Source: Bugula neritina (Eukaryota; Animalia; Bryozoa). Taken from it: a DNA stretch of 64,000 bases. Positions within the stretch are counted from its first letter, which is position 1. Every line of letters begins with the position of its first letter. The stretch lies in NCBI GenBank assembly GCA_964035545.1, contig OZ037771.1:3049628-3113627 (forward strand), given 5' to 3'. The notes below the pieces were generated by a model. The model saw nothing but the letters and a program-made list of their open reading frames with translations. It was not told where the DNA came from and did no database searches. This document shows, in pieces, positions 60,997 to 64,000 of the stretch. A program made the position numbers and the translations under genes.

Positions 60997-61654
60997 ACAT
61001 GGTCTTGAAAAAATTGTTAAAAATAAAAAAATTGAATCAGCTATATTGACATATACAATAAAAATGTAACACTATGCTCTATTTCCATTAATCATAAAGC
61101 TTCCATCAACAACTTCAAATAGTTAAATAGCTGTTTGCGGTGACCTATAATCAACCAGAGACCTTCAATTTACAAGTCAATTTCCTTAATTTGCCCAGAC
61201 AGACAGACAGAAAGATGTAATTTAGCTGCAACTTTAAAACATTCTGCTCATTTGATCTAAACCAAACTTACTAAAAGTGATCTGCTGTTGCTAGCTGTAA
61301 AATGATATCTAATAATTGTTAATACCATTTTTCAGCATGAAATAGCTTTTTACTTTTTGATACTACTACCAGGTTCAAGGTTTTCGTCACCTGTACTGCT
61401 TTGTATTATTGGGTATTTTATACAAAGATGATGTTTTTTAAATTCATAATATATCTTCTCTACAACTTTGTACAAGTTATTTTTGTAGCATGCATATAAT
61501 ATTATGTTCATGTAAATTATCCAAGCATCACCTTTTCCTATGACACAGCAAGCTAGCACTACTTAAATTTGGAACAGGTTTTGGAATTTATTCCAGGATG
61601 TTAAGAAATGATTATTGCAGTAATTTTCTGTCAAAAAGCTATCACCTAATTTAT

Positions 61655-62103
61655 GAATATTTTGATTGTCAGGTGTTCAGAGAATAAGCAGATGACCACA
61701 TTGTGTTCTAAATTGATATAGGGAATATAGGGAAGGGTATGGCTAAATTGATATATACATTCGTGAGTGATAGATGAGTTTATAGCTATATCAAAGCCCG
61801 CTAGCTCAGTATAGGTATGTTTACGCTTGGAGGCTTCTACCAATTTATATGTTTTGTTCATCTAGTTTTTTTTAAATGCAGTAAACTTTGAATTTTAGCA
61901 ATCTCTGGCTGAACAAACATTATCCAACTGGTATAGTGTGGCTGTCTGAGCTATTTACAACAAACTTCATGACCAAAAATTTAAATTAGAGAAAGGTAAA
62001 CACAAGATTGACCCCAGGAAAAAATATATACAGCAAATGTGAATGAAACAAAGGGTATATTGGATAAGAAATAAAGGAGCAAATGGGCTAATGTGTACCC
62101 AAT
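61655..62103 (-). repeat. Inverted partner of 56967-57385 (with a ~35-bp internal insertion)
   Basis: Reverse complement aligns block by block with 56967-57385. Confidence 0.9.
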
Positions 62104-63289
62104 AACTATCAGTTTTCTCAGAAGCAATTTGTTGGCTAATTATAGCAGATTTAATAAATATTTATTTTACTATAAAATTATATTATATGATTATAAGTTG
62201 GCATGCAATGAAAAGAATAGATACAATAATCTCCTAAATATTCTTATTTATAATTACATTTTGATTGCAGGAGCTTATAGGTTTCTAATACTAACTTTAT
62301 TTTATGGAGTTGTGTTCACTAGGAATTTGAGTTCTCACCAAGCCTCAGCTGTTTGAAATTGCACTTTGTAACTTACTTTGTTGGGCAGAAAACTCCCAAA
62401 TAGCATTCAATTCTTGTTATATGATATAGTTTCAGTGAAAGCTGCTCAAATAAAGCAAGGTAACTAAAGTACATACTTTCAGTTATTTGAAAGCCTCGAT
62501 AAGACAATTCCCAAAAACAATTTCTAAAGAAGACAATCCCCAAACTAACATGCCACGTTTCTTTGTCACATAAGATGCAAGGATGCCATACTGAACATAC
62601 CGAACACACTGATTACAATAGCATGTGTTCTAGCACCTGGCCGATGTTCCTGTATAAATAGCCAACTAAAAAGTAATTAAACAATTATTCCTAATTAGAA
62701 CCCTGGGTCTGCTGGCTAGGCCTCTATGCCATAGAGGTTTCTTTCATATACTGCAATCACATAACTATTAGTATATAGTATTATTATCATTATTATAATG
62801 CATATAAAACTGTACGTATTAGTTACCAAATAGCAATTTGCTCAGATGCAGGAACTAATATAGATTACAGTATAAAGATGCAGTCTTACAATATTATATT
62901 TGTTCACCAATTACACAAATTATCAAACATATGCTATTATAAACAATGTTCATAATAATTATAATATTATAAAGGTACAGTCTCATAATATATTTGTTCA
63001 CCAATTAAAAAAACGGAATGAGCAAACAGCTGGATCATTGAAGTCAATCAATTACCACAAGCACAGATTTCATACACAGCAGCTTTGAATTAAGTCGCAG
63101 TAACTCGAAACAGTGGTGATTATAACTTTATATGCCTGTAATACATTCAATTTTAATATCTGCAAAATTGTTAATTTACTGCATGCATTATACTTGCTGA
63201 ACAGTACATTTATTTAGCCTTTTGCTATGCTGGTTTGCAGAATATACTAAAAATAAGTGTTGGTACAAAAAGAATTGTCAGCTCAACGT

Positions 63290-63415
63290 GTTCAGTGATA
63301 CATGCAAAAAGAATGCATATTCATTTAGTGCTGGTACACATAGCATTCTCAGTGATACAAAGAGAATATATATTCGTTTAGTGCTGGTACACCTTAGCAT
63401 TTTCAGTGATACAGC
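63290..63415. repeat. ~55-bp tandem repeat x2.3
   Basis: TCAGTGATACA...TATTC.TTTAGTGCTGGTACAC..TAGCATT repeated. Confidence 0.75.
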
Positions 63416-64000
63416 CTCTGAATCTGTTGATTATGGAAGTAGAAAAAGGTTGATATTTCCTAGGAAACACTCTACTTTGCATCAGCCAATCAGAGCTGTG
63501 CACCATGGACAAATAACCCCTATTTATAAAATATGTTTAGACAGCGAAGTTTTCTAGCATTTCTTAAATGTTTTATATTCATAATATATTGTATTATTTC
63601 AAATATCTCCTATTATTGCATTGCTTTATATTATAGGAATGGCAAGATAATGTCTTTTTTTGTGAAAATACAGCTTGACTTGATATTTTATAAACTTCAT
63701 ACATGAGACACGATGAATCCCACATCCTGGTGATGATATGACCCAAGTTATTGCATAGACCTAAACCAAATAAAATGCATCTCAACTCGCTTAATTAATT
63801 CCTGCAAAGTGACACAACTTTCTAAAATAGCAGAAGACAAACGGGAAATCTAGTTAGTATTTTTGAATTTATATATAGCAAAAACACAAACTTTTACGCA
63901 GAGAGTAGAGACACACATTACGTGTAATGCAATGTAACATACAGAGTTTCAGGTAATAATTGCTAATCATGTTATATAAATCAAATTGAGAAATTGAAGT

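Overview
AT-rich, intron-rich eukaryotic (invertebrate metazoan) DNA, not prokaryotic; most ORF-track entries are exon fragments or repeat artefacts. Spliced gene models built by hand from GT/GC-AG junctions and recognisable protein motifs: DNAJC19/Tim14 (+, 139-1187), a single-pass EGF-repeat membrane protein (+, 1693-6229), XPNPEP3 (-, 6751-10749), LRRC51 (+, 17450-20246, with a GC-AG intron), HELQ (-, 21184-42679) hosting a ~624-aa antisense nested gene (+, 33777-37126), a nicotinic acetylcholine receptor alpha subunit (+, 45636-51433) with two tandem 110-nt copies of the loop-A exon, GUCD1 (-, 51865-55318), and a tandem pair of small secreted-peptide genes (57678-58778, probably dead; 60071-60996, intact). 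Mobile elements: a decayed TTAA-flanked Kolobok-like transposon carrying a P2X7-ballast/KolX-like pseudogene, a Harbinger-type MITE, two copies of a tRNA-SINE, an RTE LINE remnant and a solo LTR. Most notable patterns: (1) tandem repeats that repeatedly take an exon boundary (donor, acceptor or stop codon) as part of their unit, producing arrays of 2-16 competing splice signals in four unrelated genes; (2) one of the two duplicated nAChR exons is in frame only with a non-canonical AA acceptor; (3) degenerate 6-bp-periodic tracts clustered at gene 5' ends. All assignments come from manual reading and motif recall; no searches were run.
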